Counted from the stretch's first letter, positions 18,638 through 30,826 are shown. The stretch: DNA of 64,000 nucleotides from Planctomycetota bacterium (GCA_044230075.1 JBGARS010000016.1:533-64532); one strand, 5' to 3'. Notes: generated by a model not told the origin, from the letters alone. A program made the numbers and translations.

Positions 18638-19153
18638 GTGCGACGACCCGACCCGAACGATCACCCGCCGTCCTTCCAGCCGTACATCGATCGTGTGCCC
18701 GACGGCGACCTGCTGCAGCATCTCGAGCGGCAGGGTCTGGCGACGGTGGCGCTGCTGGGGACCGTCGACGAGGCCCGCGGCGCGTCAACCTACGCGCCCG
18801 GCAAGTGGAGCATCAAGCGCGTGCTGCAGCACGTCACCGACGGCGAACGCATGTTCTGCTACCGCGCGCTGTGCATCGCGCGCGGCGAACAGGGCAACCT
18901 GCCGCCGTTCGACGAGGATCGCTACGCCGCCCTGGACGGCAGCGACGGCCGCACGCTGACGGACATCACAGCCGAGTTCGCCAGCGTGCGGCGCGCGACG
19001 CTGCTGTTGTTCGCGGGCTTCGACGCAGCCGCGTGGCAGCGCCGCGGCACCGCGAACGGCAAGCCGGTCGCCGCGCGCAGCCTGCCGTGGATCGTCGCTG
19101 GCCACGAGCTGCACCACCTGACGGTGCTGCGCGAGCGCTACGGCGTCGGCTGA
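18638..19153 (+). CDS. DinB-family protein
   Basis: YAPGKWSIK.VLQHVTDGER and AGHELHH motifs. Confidence 0.88.
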   Translation: MRRPDPNDHPPSFQPYIDRVPDGDLLQHLERQGLATVALLGTVDEARGASTYAPGKWSIKRVLQHVTDGERMFCYRALCIARGEQGNLPPFDEDRYAALDGSDGRTLTDITAEFASVRRATLLLFAGFDAAAWQRRGTANGKPVAARSLPWIVAGHELHHLTVLRERYGVG

Positions 19154-19184
19154 CGGTCGGAACGGGCCGCTGGCCCGCAGTTCG

Positions 19185-19973
19185 TCAATCCAGCTCGAGC
19201 CCGCGCTCTTCCTCTTCGGTGATGCCTTCGCCGAACGAGCTGCCGAGGTAGACGCGGCGCACCTGTTCGTCGTTGACGATCGTCTGCGCGTCGCCGTCGG
19301 CGATCACCTTGCCCTGGTTGATGATGTAGGCGCGGTGGGTGATGCGCAGCGTGGCGATCACGTTGTGCTCGGTGATCAGGATCGCGATGCCGGTACGCGC
19401 CAGCGCGGCGAGGATCTGCTGGATCTCCTCGACCGTGATCGGATCGACGCCGGCGAATGGTTCGTCGAGCAGCAGCAGCGCCGGCTCGGTGGCCAGCGCG
19501 CGGGCGATCTCCAGCCGCCGCTTCTCGCCACCCGACATCGTCTCCGCGATCGAGCCGGCGACGTGCGTCAGCTGCAGGTCGTGCAGCAGCGCGCGGGCGC
19601 GTTCCTCGCGTGGCTTCTTGCGCATGCCGCGCGCCTCGAGCACGCAGCGGATGTTGTCGAGCGCCGACATCTTCTTGAACACCGACTCCTGCTGCGCGAG
19701 GTAGCCGAGGCCCCGGCGCGCGCGGCGGTACATCGGCTGCTTCGTCACGTCCTGGCCACCGAGCATCACCGTGCCGGCGTTGGGTGTGACCATGCCGACG
19801 ACCATGCGGAAGGTGGTCGTCTTGCCGGCGCCGTTCGGGCCGAGCAGGCCGACGATCTCGCCCTCGTTGACGCAGATGCTGACCTGGTCGACGACGCGGC
19901 GGCCGCCGTAGGACTTGACCAGCGCGTTGGTGCGCAGGATCTCGTCGCCGGGAGCGGCGTCGCGATCGCTCAT
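19185..19973 (-). CDS. lptB: LPS export ABC transporter ATP-binding protein
   Basis: LVKSYGGRRVV, GLLGPNGAGKTTTF, GLGYLAQ, SGGEKRRLEIARAL, LDEPFAGVDPI, ITEHNV. Confidence 0.92.
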   Translation of the reverse strand: MSDRDAAPGDEILRTNALVKSYGGRRVVDQVSICVNEGEIVGLLGPNGAGKTTTFRMVVGMVTPNAGTVMLGGQDVTKQPMYRRARRGLGYLAQQESVFKKMSALDNIRCVLEARGMRKKPREERARALLHDLQLTHVAGSIAETMSGGEKRRLEIARALATEPALLLLDEPFAGVDPITVEEIQQILAALARTGIAILITEHNVIATLRITHRAYIINQGKVIADGDAQTIVNDEQVRRVYLGSSFGEGITEEEERGLELD

Positions 19974-21631
19974 CGCACGAACCCGAAGCGGTCCGGCCAG
20001 TTGCTGCCGAGCAGCCAGGACAGTGGCCGCGAGGGGTAGAACACGAGGATCGCGCGGCCCTGGATGTCGTCGCGCGGCACGAACGGCACCTTGGTCTCGG
20101 GCGGCGTCCAATCCCCGTCCTGCGAGCCGGGCTTGACGAAGCTGATGCGCTGGCCCCAGTCCGGGCCGACCTCGGCCTGGAGGCGCAGCAGTTCGCCGAA
20201 CTCGTCGATCATGACGATGCAGTGCCGGCTCGGGATGCCGATCGGCGTCTCGTCGCGGTCGGGCTGCCGATCCAGTGGCATCGCGCGCTTGTTGCCGCGC
20301 ACGATGCGCGCGCCCGGCGTGTCCGGCGGCACGACCTGGTCGTCGGCGTCGACGCCGATCGTGACCGCGGTCCAGTCGCGCGAGTCGATCGACTGCAGCG
20401 TGTTGTCGCCCATCATGAAGTAGTGCCCGTCGGGCACCTCGATGACCTCGGGCGAGCCGGCGCGCGTGTAGTGCTGGTCGCGATCGAGCCGCAGGTCGTC
20501 GAGGCGGACCTTGCCCTTGCCCTTCATCGCGATCTGCGGCACGACGCAGTGTTCGGGCTTGGCGGCGCCGGGCACGCCGAGTTCGCAACCTTCGCGGCAG
20601 GCCCACTGCGCCGTGTCGAAGCGCTGCACCTCGGCGCCGTCGCGCCAGGCGATCAACTGGTCGTCGACGTGGGCGAAACCGAGTTCGGCGCCGCTGTCCG
20701 GCGCCACGTCACAGGCGAACTCGGATGACTCACCGAGCACCTGCGTATCCTTGGCGCGCACCTGCAGGCGCCCCTTGCCGGCGCGCACGACCAGCGCGAA
20801 GGTCAGCTTGTCCTTGCCCGGGCGGCGCACCTCGATCTCGAGCGCCAGTTCGTCCAACTGCTGCTCCGGCACCACGCGCACCTGCAGCCGCGCGTCGGGC
20901 ACGATCTCCTGGGGCCGTTCGCTCGGGTTCTTGTCGCGGATCTGGCGGGCCGTCGCCTCCGGGTAGCCGTCCCAGACGCGGTCGACGAAGCCGCCGTCGT
21001 CCTCGTCGCGGAAGAACAGGCGCGCGGTGCCGTCGAGCGCGACCGCGAAGCCGGCGTCGTCCTCGCTGAACGCGCGTGACGGCGAACCCGCGAACGAGTT
21101 GCCGAGCGCCCTGCTCTCGGCACGCACGATCCGTCGCGCGGGATAGACGTTCTTCCACATCACCGCCTGCACGTCGTCGGGCTTGCGCAGGATGGTGTAG
21201 CTGCGCTCGCCGCCCTGGTCGGCGACCTGGTAGACGTTGCCACCGGCGATGTGCAGGTGATCGTTCGGCATGCCGACCATGCGCTTGACGTAGAGCTGGT
21301 TCTTCTGCAGCGGGTACTGGAACACCGTGATGTCCCAGCGCTTCGGCTCGCGGATCGTCGGCAGGAACTTGTCGACCAGGATGCGATCGAACACCTGCGC
21401 CTCGCTGCTGCCCATCAGCGTCGGCTGCATCGACGAGGTCGGGATCTGGTAGGCCTCGATGCAGAACCACTTCAGCAGCACGGCGGCGAGGATCGCGACG
21501 CCGAATGCCTCGAGGTTGGTGCGGATCGGCCCCATCGTCGGCGCCTTCTTCTGCTTGCCGCCGGTGGCGGCGACGGCGACTGCTGCCTCCGCCACCGCGA
21601 GGCTCACCGCTTCGCTGTCTGGTCCTGCCAT
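19970..21631 (-). CDS. lepB: Signal peptidase I, enlarged (553 aa)
   Basis: IPTSSMQPTL (Ser), YVKRMVG (Lys), YFMMGDNT..S.DSRDW, IQGRA; large insertion between the catalytic boxes. Confidence 0.9.
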   Translation of the reverse strand: MAGPDSEAVSLAVAEAAVAVAATGGKQKKAPTMGPIRTNLEAFGVAILAAVLLKWFCIEAYQIPTSSMQPTLMGSSEAQVFDRILVDKFLPTIREPKRWDITVFQYPLQKNQLYVKRMVGMPNDHLHIAGGNVYQVADQGGERSYTILRKPDDVQAVMWKNVYPARRIVRAESRALGNSFAGSPSRAFSEDDAGFAVALDGTARLFFRDEDDGGFVDRVWDGYPEATARQIRDKNPSERPQEIVPDARLQVRVVPEQQLDELALEIEVRRPGKDKLTFALVVRAGKGRLQVRAKDTQVLGESSEFACDVAPDSGAELGFAHVDDQLIAWRDGAEVQRFDTAQWACREGCELGVPGAAKPEHCVVPQIAMKGKGKVRLDDLRLDRDQHYTRAGSPEVIEVPDGHYFMMGDNTLQSIDSRDWTAVTIGVDADDQVVPPDTPGARIVRGNKRAMPLDRQPDRDETPIGIPSRHCIVMIDEFGELLRLQAEVGPDWGQRISFVKPGSQDGDWTPPETKVPFVPRDDIQGRAILVFYPSRPLSWLLGSNWPDRFGFVR

Positions 21632-21634
21632 GCG

Positions 21635-23446
<1,812 letters not shown>

Positions 23447-23663
23447 GTCAGGTGGCGGCGGGGAAGCGGCAGTGTCGGCGGCGGTCGCGTCCGGTGCCAG
23501 CCGGAACGGCGGGCCTGGACCACGAGGGCGTAGCAGGATAGCGAGTGGGGCAGCCCGGAGCAGGGGCGAGGTGGGTGGTTTTGACGGCTGCCGCGCGGCG
23601 TCGCGCACGGCTGTGCCGCGGCGGCAGCGCCCGCGAGCCGGCGACTGGCGGCGCGCCGGTCGA

Positions 23664-25214
23664 TCAGAAGCTGCCGGCGGTCAGCAGCAGCGCGTTCGTC
23701 GCGGTGATCGCGACCCAGCCGCCGAGAGCGTCGATCTCGATAGGCACCATCTGATGGTGGAAGCTCACGCCGACCAGCGGCGGCGTGCCGGGAAGGAACA
23801 GTGTCGACTGCGCCATGCCCGTCGAGGTCGAGAGTAGTTGGACGATGTCGGGGGCGACCAGTACGTCACAGCCGGCTACGCCCTCGGCGAACAGTGAGGA
23901 CAGCGGCGCGCTGCCTTGCGGGATCGCAGTCACGCTGGTCAGCGCGACGACGAGCGCGATCGTCGGCAGGCCGCTGCCCGTCGCGCGAAACGTCGTGTCG
24001 ACCCACGGCAGCGTCGCCGCCGCCAACGTGTTGTCGCCGCCGCTGCCGGGGCAGCCGAAGCCACCGACCGTGGCGGTGGCCGGACATGTGGTCGTCAGCC
24101 GAGCGAGTTCACAGCTGGTGGTCGCGGCGTAGTTGCCGCTCCCGACCAGGTCGCCGTTCGGCAGCACCGTCAGCGCGCTGACGGTGAACTGCCAGCCGGT
24201 CCCGAGCGCACTCCACGTGCCGGTGCCGGCGTTCCAGCGGGCGATGCTCATGGCCGGCACTCCGCCGGCGCTCGTGAACGTGCCGGCGACGGCGAGGTCG
24301 CCGCCGGCCAGCGTGGTCAGCGCGCTGACGCTGGCGGCCAGCGGAAAGCCCTGTTCGACGCCTAGCCCCAGCGGTGCCCAGGTCGAGCCGCTCCATCGCG
24401 CGATGCGGCGCGCGGTGGCGCCACCTGCGGTCGTGAACGTGCCACCGACGACGATGTCGCCGTTCGCGAGGCTGGCCAGTGCGTTGGCCTGGGCGAGGGT
24501 GCCGGCCGGAAAGACGCCGAGGCCGGTGCCGAGCGGCGCCCACGTCGCGCCGTTCCAGCTCGCGATGTGGTTCATCGTGACGCTGCCGGAGTTCGTGAAG
24601 CTGCCGGCCACGATCACCTCGCCGGTCGATCGCGCCGTGATCGCCCGGACCCAGCCATAGGTGTTGATGCCGCCGCCGAGCGGGCTCCACGAGCTGCCGT
24701 CCCAGCGCGCGACGTTGGCGGCCAGAAAGCCGCCTGCCTGGCTGAAGTGGCCACCGGCGATCAGGTCGCCGTTCGGCAGCACGTGCAGCGCCAACACTTC
24801 TCCGTTCATGCCGACACTCATCGGCGCCCACGCGGAACCGTCCCAGCGCGCGACATGGTTGGACCGCAGGCCGCCGGCGTGTTCGAAGTAGCCGCCGGCG
24901 ACGACGTCGCCATTCGGCAGCACCGCGAGCGCGGCGACGATGTCGTCCATGCCGCTGCCCATCGGGGTCCAGTTCGCGCCGTCCCAGCGGGCGACGTACG
25001 CGGCGGCGACGCCACCGAACGTGGTGAAGGTGCCGCCGGCCACGATGTCGCCGTTCGGCAGCGCGGCGAGTACCAATGGTGCCGAGCCTGGGCACTGTGG
25101 CCACTCGGACCATTGCGTCGCGCACTGGGCATGCACGTCGGCGGCGAGCGACAACACGGCGGCCAGCAGCGGGACGGACGAGCGACGGATGGACGGGATC
25201 ATGGGCGAGATCAT
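23664..25214 (-). CDS. Secreted beta-propeller-like repeat protein (W..G.G.N..V.AL..LPNGD.VAGG.F repeats) with shared C-terminal domain
   Basis: Signal peptide ...ADVHA|QC; about seven ~48-aa repeats; C-terminal region starts GFGCPGSGG. TGATG overlap with the upstream stop. Confidence 0.85.
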   Translation of the reverse strand: MISPMIPSIRRSSVPLLAAVLSLAADVHAQCATQWSEWPQCPGSAPLVLAALPNGDIVAGGTFTTFGGVAAAYVARWDGANWTPMGSGMDDIVAALAVLPNGDVVAGGYFEHAGGLRSNHVARWDGSAWAPMSVGMNGEVLALHVLPNGDLIAGGHFSQAGGFLAANVARWDGSSWSPLGGGINTYGWVRAITARSTGEVIVAGSFTNSGSVTMNHIASWNGATWAPLGTGLGVFPAGTLAQANALASLANGDIVVGGTFTTAGGATARRIARWSGSTWAPLGLGVEQGFPLAASVSALTTLAGGDLAVAGTFTSAGGVPAMSIARWNAGTGTWSALGTGWQFTVSALTVLPNGDLVGSGNYAATTSCELARLTTTCPATATVGGFGCPGSGGDNTLAAATLPWVDTTFRATGSGLPTIALVVALTSVTAIPQGSAPLSSLFAEGVAGCDVLVAPDIVQLLSTSTGMAQSTLFLPGTPPLVGVSFHHQMVPIEIDALGGWVAITATNALLLTAGSF

Positions 25215-27433
25215 CAGCGCACGCCGATCGTGCCGGTTAGCAGGTTGCCAGTGGCGATGCGCGGCTGCGCGAAGTCCCAGCTGAAACCCTGCAGGAACAG
25301 CCGGTCGCCGACGAAGCCAGGTTCTTCGGGCAGGTCGAGCGACACGGTCGCGGCGCCGCCGCCGGTCGCCTGCATGTAGAGCGGAACGATCGGCTGGGTC
25401 CGCAGCGCGCAGTCCGGCGAGCCGAGCACGTCGAGCAACAACGGCAACGGCACCCCGTCCCATTGCTGGTCGTCGAAACCGACCCAGGCGATCGGCAGCA
25501 CGAAGAACGTGTCCGGCAGGTTGGTCAACTCGAGGCGCGTCACCGTGCCGATCGCCAGCGGGTCGAGCGCCGTCAGCGTCAGCGACCCGTTGCCGCTGTT
25601 ACAGCCCGGACCTGTGCTCGTCCAGCTGCCGAGCGTCGTGTCGCGCAGCCGCCACATCTCACCGCGCGCGACCGAGCCGCCGAACAGCACCACCTCGCGC
25701 CGCACGGGGTCGTAGGCGGCGGTGGCGTCCGATCCGGCGTCGGGGTGGTGCGCGGTGGACAGCAGCGTCCAGTCGAGGCCGTCCCACAGCCACGTGTCGT
25801 GCAGCTGCGTTCCATTGGTGCCGCCGTAGACGATCGTGCGCTGCAGATGGCTGTCGTAGACCTGCACGTGGCCCGATCGCGCCGGCGGCGACGTCATGGG
25901 TGTGATCGGCAGCCATTGCACGCCGTCGAATTCCCACGTATCGCCGAACGTCGCGCCGACGCCGTTCGTGCCGCCGAACAGCACCACGCGGTCGCGCGCC
26001 GCGTCGTAGCTCATGCCCGCGTCCCGGCGCGGCGCCGGTCCGGTCGCCGGGGTCAGCTCCGACCACGTCAGGCCGTTCCAAGCCCAGAGATCCGCGACCG
26101 CCGGCTGCAGGGCCTGACCGCCGAAGATCAGCATCCTGGCGCGCAGGCGGTCGTAGACAGCCGAGTGATTGCGGCGCCCCTGCGGCGCGAACGAAGGCGT
26201 CGCGTAGTTCCAGGTGCCGTTGCCGTTCCACTCCAGGACGTAGCTCGCGTACTGCGATTCGCCGCCGAGCAGCACGGTGACCGCGCGGCTCTCGTCGTAC
26301 ACCATCGTGTGGCCGGCGCGGCCGGTGCCGCCACTGCCGCTGCTGCCGAGGAACCACTGGCGGTCCGCCAGCTCCCATGTCTCGTAGAGGTCCGAGTTGG
26401 CGCGTCCGCCGTAAAGCACCATGCGCTGCCGTGCAACGTCGTAGGCCATCGCGGCGTTGGCCCGACCCATCGGCGGCCCCAGCGCGACCAGCTTCCAGGC
26501 CATGGCCTCGAGTTCCCATGTGTTCGTGAGCTGCCGGGTCGCCGAGAACGACAGGACGTCGAGCGCGACGACGCGTTGGCGTGCGACGTCGTAGACGCGC
26601 AGCTGCGAAGCGAGCGGCGTGATCGGCGTGCCGACCAGCGTCCAGCCGTTGCCTGCCCACGCGTAGACCGTCGCCTCCTCGTTGAACCCGACCCGGGGGT
26701 GCGGCAACAGGACACGCTGCGAGCCGGCGTCGTAGATCGGCTGTCCCGACGCGCCGGCCGGCAGACCGCTGTTGTCGCGGCTCTGCCAGGAGATGCCGTC
26801 CCACGCGCGCAGGCCCGTGCCGTTCGAGCTGAGCAGCTCGCCGCGGGCTTCGTCGTAGACGAGCCGACCGAACGACGATGGCTCGGACCCCGGTACCGAG
26901 AGAGTCCACGTCGCCCCGTCGAACTCCCACATCGTCACCGAGGAGCCGCCACTGGCGGACACGGAGCCTCCGATCAGGACGACACGATCGCGCCCGGGGT
27001 CGTAGGCCATGGCGTGACCTGCCGTCGGCGGCGGCGACGCCGTCGGCGCGAGCTGGGTCCAGCCGTTTGCGTCGAACGCCCAGGTGTCGTTGCGCAGACC
27101 CGAGGCATCGTTGCCGCCGAACAGCACCAACCGTTGCCGCATCGAATCGTAGGCTGTCGCGTGGCTGCTGCGCGGCGACGGAGATACGTCGAGGTCGAGG
27201 CGGCGCCATCCACCGTCGTAGAGCCAGGTGTCGCCGTATGGTTCCTGTTGGCTGCCGCCGAACAGCACCGTCGTCGCCATCGCCGCATCGTACGTGAACG
27301 TGGCTCCCGTTCGCCCGGGGGGCGATTCATCGAGCTGCCAGTCGATATCGGCGAACGACTGCGCTGACAGTGCGCCTGCGAACATCACGAACGCGGCGAG
27401 GCACAGTGCGGACAGGTTGGAGTTCGTCATCAC
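25214..27433 (-). CDS. Secreted kelch-like repeat protein with shared C-terminal domain
   Basis: Signal peptide ...ALSA|QS; repeats of PP.R..HAMAYD..R.RVVLFGG...DTW.FDG..W; C-terminal region starts GPGCNSGNG. Confidence 0.87.
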   Translation of the reverse strand: MMTNSNLSALCLAAFVMFAGALSAQSFADIDWQLDESPPGRTGATFTYDAAMATTVLFGGSQQEPYGDTWLYDGGWRRLDLDVSPSPRSSHATAYDSMRQRLVLFGGNDASGLRNDTWAFDANGWTQLAPTASPPPTAGHAMAYDPGRDRVVLIGGSVSASGGSSVTMWEFDGATWTLSVPGSEPSSFGRLVYDEARGELLSSNGTGLRAWDGISWQSRDNSGLPAGASGQPIYDAGSQRVLLPHPRVGFNEEATVYAWAGNGWTLVGTPITPLASQLRVYDVARQRVVALDVLSFSATRQLTNTWELEAMAWKLVALGPPMGRANAAMAYDVARQRMVLYGGRANSDLYETWELADRQWFLGSSGSGGTGRAGHTMVYDESRAVTVLLGGESQYASYVLEWNGNGTWNYATPSFAPQGRRNHSAVYDRLRARMLIFGGQALQPAVADLWAWNGLTWSELTPATGPAPRRDAGMSYDAARDRVVLFGGTNGVGATFGDTWEFDGVQWLPITPMTSPPARSGHVQVYDSHLQRTIVYGGTNGTQLHDTWLWDGLDWTLLSTAHHPDAGSDATAAYDPVRREVVLFGGSVARGEMWRLRDTTLGSWTSTGPGCNSGNGSLTLTALDPLAIGTVTRLELTNLPDTFFVLPIAWVGFDDQQWDGVPLPLLLDVLGSPDCALRTQPIVPLYMQATGGGAATVSLDLPEEPGFVGDRLFLQGFSWDFAQPRIATGNLLTGTIGVR

Positions 27434-29685
27434 CGGGCTCCGAATGTCAGCGTGACACCGTTGCTCGTGGTCAGCTCACCTGTCAGCGGCTCGAACACGA
27501 AGCCCTGGCAGTGGATTGCCGTGCCGAGGAACGAAGGCTCGTAAGGGATCGCGATGTCGGCGATCGCCCCGCCGTGTCCGTCGTTGACGGCCGGCAGCGG
27601 CGCATCGAGCGAGATCAGGACCGAACGGCCTGGCCAGCCGAGCCAGCCGAGGTCGACCGTCGGCTGCAATCGGGCCGCGCCGAACCACAGGCCGGGCAGT
27701 GGCAGGCCCGGTAACGGACCGTAGGCGAGACGGCAGGTCTCGCCGAGCCACGGTTGCGCGCCGGTGCCGTGCAGCACCAGCGGACCGAGCGGGCTGACCG
27801 ATGCCTCGCCGAACGACTCGAGGTCGGCCACGAATGGCGTGCGCAGCAACCACTCGGTGGCGTTCAGCGCCGGACTGCCGACGAATCCGGGCAGCGTGCC
27901 GCCCAGCAGGTGGATGCCGTCCGGAGCGCCGACGAGCACGGGCTGGTTCGCCTGCGGCGTCGTGATCACGGCGATCTGCGTCCACGCGATTCCATCCCAT
28001 TGCCACACCTGCTGTGGCTGGTTGTACACGTAGAGATGCGCGACGACGGCCTGCCGCGCGAGGTCGTAGGCCATCGAAACCACTGTGCTCCCCGGCAGCG
28101 CGCCGCCCGAGAACACCTGCCAGTTCTGACCATCGAACTCCCAGGTGTCGTTCGTGGCGCCCCCGGACTGCTGTCCACCGAGCAGCACGATGCGGTCTCG
28201 CCGAGCATCGTATGCCATGCCCGGGGCCGCGCGCGGATGCGGCCGGAAGGTCGGGTGCAGTTCGGTCCAGGCGGTTCCGTCCCATGCCCACATGTCGTCG
28301 AGCTTCGAAGACGGCGACGACGCGGCGACGCCACCGAACATCACGACCCGCTCGCGCTGTCGGTCGTAGACGACGCCGACATCGTGACGCCCCGTGGGAC
28401 CGGCCGCGGTGATCTTCTGCCATTGGCTGCCATTCGCGCGCCACAGCTCGAACACGCTGTCGGCGCCGCCGACCAGCAACACGGCGTCACGCGCTTCGTC
28501 GTAGACGAGCCGGTTGCCGGACGACGTCGACGGATGTTGCCCGGGCAGCGTGAACGAGGGCTTCGGGATGCGCAGATCCCAACGCCCCTCTTCGCGCACC
28601 CAGAGGTCGGTCAGTGAGCCGTTCAAGCCGCCGAACACGAACGTGCGATCGTGCACGGTGTCGGTTGCGGCCGTATGGCCGTACCGCGCACCGGGTGGGG
28701 CCCAACTGCGCCGTTGCCACTGCACGCCGTCCCACTCCCACACGCTGGAGTCCAGCGACGTCCCGGGTCGGCTGGCACCCACGAACACGAGGCGAGCACG
28801 CGCCGTGTCGAACACGACGATCGGCTGAAAGGAATACGGCCCGTCCGCGGTCAATGGCTGCCACGAGAAATCGCTCGCCTGCCACGCGTAGACGGTCGGA
28901 GGCGCAGCGGAGCCGAAGCTCTGCCCCGCCACCAAGAGCAGCCGTTGCTGGGCCGCGTCGAATGCCAGCCGGTATCCCGACAACGACGAGAACGACGGGC
29001 CGACTTGCTGGGTCCAGCTCGTGCCGTTCCAGCGCCACAAGCCGCCGTTGCTGCCAGGACCACGGAACAGCGCCGTCGTCGCCGTGCTCGGGTCGTAGAC
29101 CATTGCCAGTGGCGTCACCCACTGCGGCCAGTTCGGTCCCTGGGTCGGCACCTGTGCCCAGTCTGTACCGTCGAATTCCCAAACCTGCCCGTAGCTGCCG
29201 CCGCTGGTGCCACCCCACAGCATGACGCGATCGCGCGCCGCGTCGTACACCATGGCCGAGTCGAGCAGTGATCCCGGCGCGTGCGCGGTGACGATCTCGG
29301 TCCAGTCGGCGCCGTCCCACGCCCAGGTGTCGAAGGTCGTGTGGGCCTGCGACGAGGGCGGCGGGTTCGGCGTCTCCCCGCCGAACAGCACGACCCGCTG
29401 TCGCAAGGAGTCGTAGGCCATCACATGACGGCGGCGCGCGCTCGGTCGGTGCGCGGGCGACAGCTCCGTCCACGTGGATCCGTCCCAGACCCAGCAGTCG
29501 TCGCGCGGCACACCGTCGTCACCCCCGAACAGGATCGTGTATCCATGCGCCTGGTCGTAGACCGCGTCGCTCTGACTGCGACTGGTCAGATCGTGACGCT
29601 GACTCCATTGCGCCTGCGCAGCGATGCTCGCGCACGCCACGAACTGCAGAAAGGCAGTGATTCCGACTCTCCACAGCGGATTCAT
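27430..29685 (-). CDS. Secreted kelch-like repeat protein with shared C-terminal domain
   Basis: Signal peptide ...AAQA|QW; same repeat type; ends HCQGFVFEP...TSNGVTLTFGAR. ATGA overlap with the downstream gene. Confidence 0.87.
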   Translation of the reverse strand: MNPLWRVGITAFLQFVACASIAAQAQWSQRHDLTSRSQSDAVYDQAHGYTILFGGDDGVPRDDCWVWDGSTWTELSPAHRPSARRRHVMAYDSLRQRVVLFGGETPNPPPSSQAHTTFDTWAWDGADWTEIVTAHAPGSLLDSAMVYDAARDRVMLWGGTSGGSYGQVWEFDGTDWAQVPTQGPNWPQWVTPLAMVYDPSTATTALFRGPGSNGGLWRWNGTSWTQQVGPSFSSLSGYRLAFDAAQQRLLLVAGQSFGSAAPPTVYAWQASDFSWQPLTADGPYSFQPIVVFDTARARLVFVGASRPGTSLDSSVWEWDGVQWQRRSWAPPGARYGHTAATDTVHDRTFVFGGLNGSLTDLWVREEGRWDLRIPKPSFTLPGQHPSTSSGNRLVYDEARDAVLLVGGADSVFELWRANGSQWQKITAAGPTGRHDVGVVYDRQRERVVMFGGVAASSPSSKLDDMWAWDGTAWTELHPTFRPHPRAAPGMAYDARRDRIVLLGGQQSGGATNDTWEFDGQNWQVFSGGALPGSTVVSMAYDLARQAVVAHLYVYNQPQQVWQWDGIAWTQIAVITTPQANQPVLVGAPDGIHLLGGTLPGFVGSPALNATEWLLRTPFVADLESFGEASVSPLGPLVLHGTGAQPWLGETCRLAYGPLPGLPLPGLWFGAARLQPTVDLGWLGWPGRSVLISLDAPLPAVNDGHGGAIADIAIPYEPSFLGTAIHCQGFVFEPLTGELTTSNGVTLTFGAR

Positions 29686-29805
29686 GGTCGCGGATCATGG
29701 CGAGGTCTGCGATGCCGATCAATCCGCTGCGCACGTGTCGGTCGGGGCATCGGCCCGACTTGCGTAGGCCCGCATGTGCATGGCCCGATTCTGCGCCGCG
29801 TTCCC

Positions 29806-30180
29806 TCATCGGGCGCGATGTTCGTTGCCGAGCGGGCGCGGCGGCACCGGCAGCGGCTCGGACGCGCACCACGAGCGTTGCGTCGTCGCGCGTTCCAGCT
29901 CGAAGCAGTAGGTAACGGCCGGGTCGAACCGGCCCCGATCGGCGGCGTCGAACAGCACCACGACGAGCGCGTGGTCGTGCTTCCACCACTGCCAGCGGCT
30001 GTCGAGAGCGACGTCGAGTGGCGGCTTGCCGGACCGACATCGCGGGGCTGGGACGGCATGACGCGCGGCCCATGCGCGGCAGACGAACCGCATCGGATCG
30101 ACGCGATCCATGGGCGGATCCTGGGCGGCCATCGACGTCGTGATCGCGACGAGAACGAGGGTGCCGAGCGGGCGCAGTGT
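29806..30180 (-). pseudogene. Remnant paralog of the 30871-32505 gene (signal-peptide-like start plus C-terminal segment)
   Basis: Reads LRPLGTLVLVAITTSMAA|QDPP...PPLDVALDSRWQWWKHDHALVVVLFDAADR...SEPLPVPPRP. The catalytic core is absent and there is no ATG/GTG at the signal peptide. Confidence 0.6.
29832..30030. repeat. 199-bp imperfect direct repeat, copy A
   Basis: Collinear with 30876-31074 (offset 1044, no indels). 29832-29861 identical, 29934-30018 84/85 identical. Confidence 0.92.
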
Positions 30181-30257
30181 GGCTTCTTCGGCCGTGGCTC
30201 CTGCGCCGGGTCCGCGCCGTGGCGATTCGGTCGCCGGGGTAGGCAGCGCGTGCGTGC

Positions 30258-30569
30258 CTACGGTCGCTCTTCGATCTCTCGCCGCACGACGCCCGGATCC
30301 CGGGCGCCATGCAGCACGCGAACTACCTCGAGCGGGTCGGCCTCGGCGCGGTAGACGACGAGATACCGGTGTACGACCCAGAATCGCACGCCGCGGTCGG
30401 CCAGGTCCATGCTCACGTGCCCGATCCTCGGCCACTGGGACAGGCGTACGATCGCTGCGAGGATGTCGTCGAGGACCTTGCTCGCACGCTCGGGGCCGGC
30501 TGCGCTGCAGAGGTAGTCGACGATCTCCTCGAGGTCCCGCTCGGCCAGCGAGGTGATCCGAAACCGCAT
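30258..30569 (-). CDS. parE: ParE/RelE-family toxin
   Basis: AERDLEEIVDY...P.IGH...YLVVYR...VVRVLHGARD; TGATG overlap with the antitoxin. Confidence 0.88.
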   Translation of the reverse strand: MRFRITSLAERDLEEIVDYLCSAAGPERASKVLDDILAAIVRLSQWPRIGHVSMDLADRGVRFWVVHRYLVVYRAEADPLEVVRVLHGARDPGVVRREIEERP

Positions 30570-30820
30570 CAATCGCCCGGGCGATGCGAGTCGATGCGCG
30601 CGCGCAACCGTTCGAACGCGCGTTCACCATGCACGAGCTTTCCGGCTTTGGCCTCGGCGACTCCGTCGCTGATCTTGCATCGGACTTCTTCACGCCAGCG
30701 ACGCTCCTCCAGCAGCAGCCGAAGGCCCTCGCGGATCACCTCGCTGGCGGAGGCGTACTGACCGGAGGCCACCTCGTCCTCGACGAGCTTCTTGAGCTCG
30801 GGGGTCAGATGCACGTTCAT
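30569..30820 (-). CDS. parD: ParD-family ribbon-helix-helix antitoxin
   Basis: MNVHLTPELKKLVEDEVASGQYASASEVIREGLRLL. Confidence 0.9.
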   Translation of the reverse strand: MNVHLTPELKKLVEDEVASGQYASASEVIREGLRLLLEERRWREEVRCKISDGVAEAKAGKLVHGERAFERLRARIDSHRPGD

Positions 30821-30826
30821 GTGCCC

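Noticed and set aside
23664-29685. Periodic DNA similarity suggesting a CRISPR or repeat array
   Set aside because: The periodicity is degenerate and in frame, reflecting protein repeats. There are no identical repeats with unique spacers and no cas genes.
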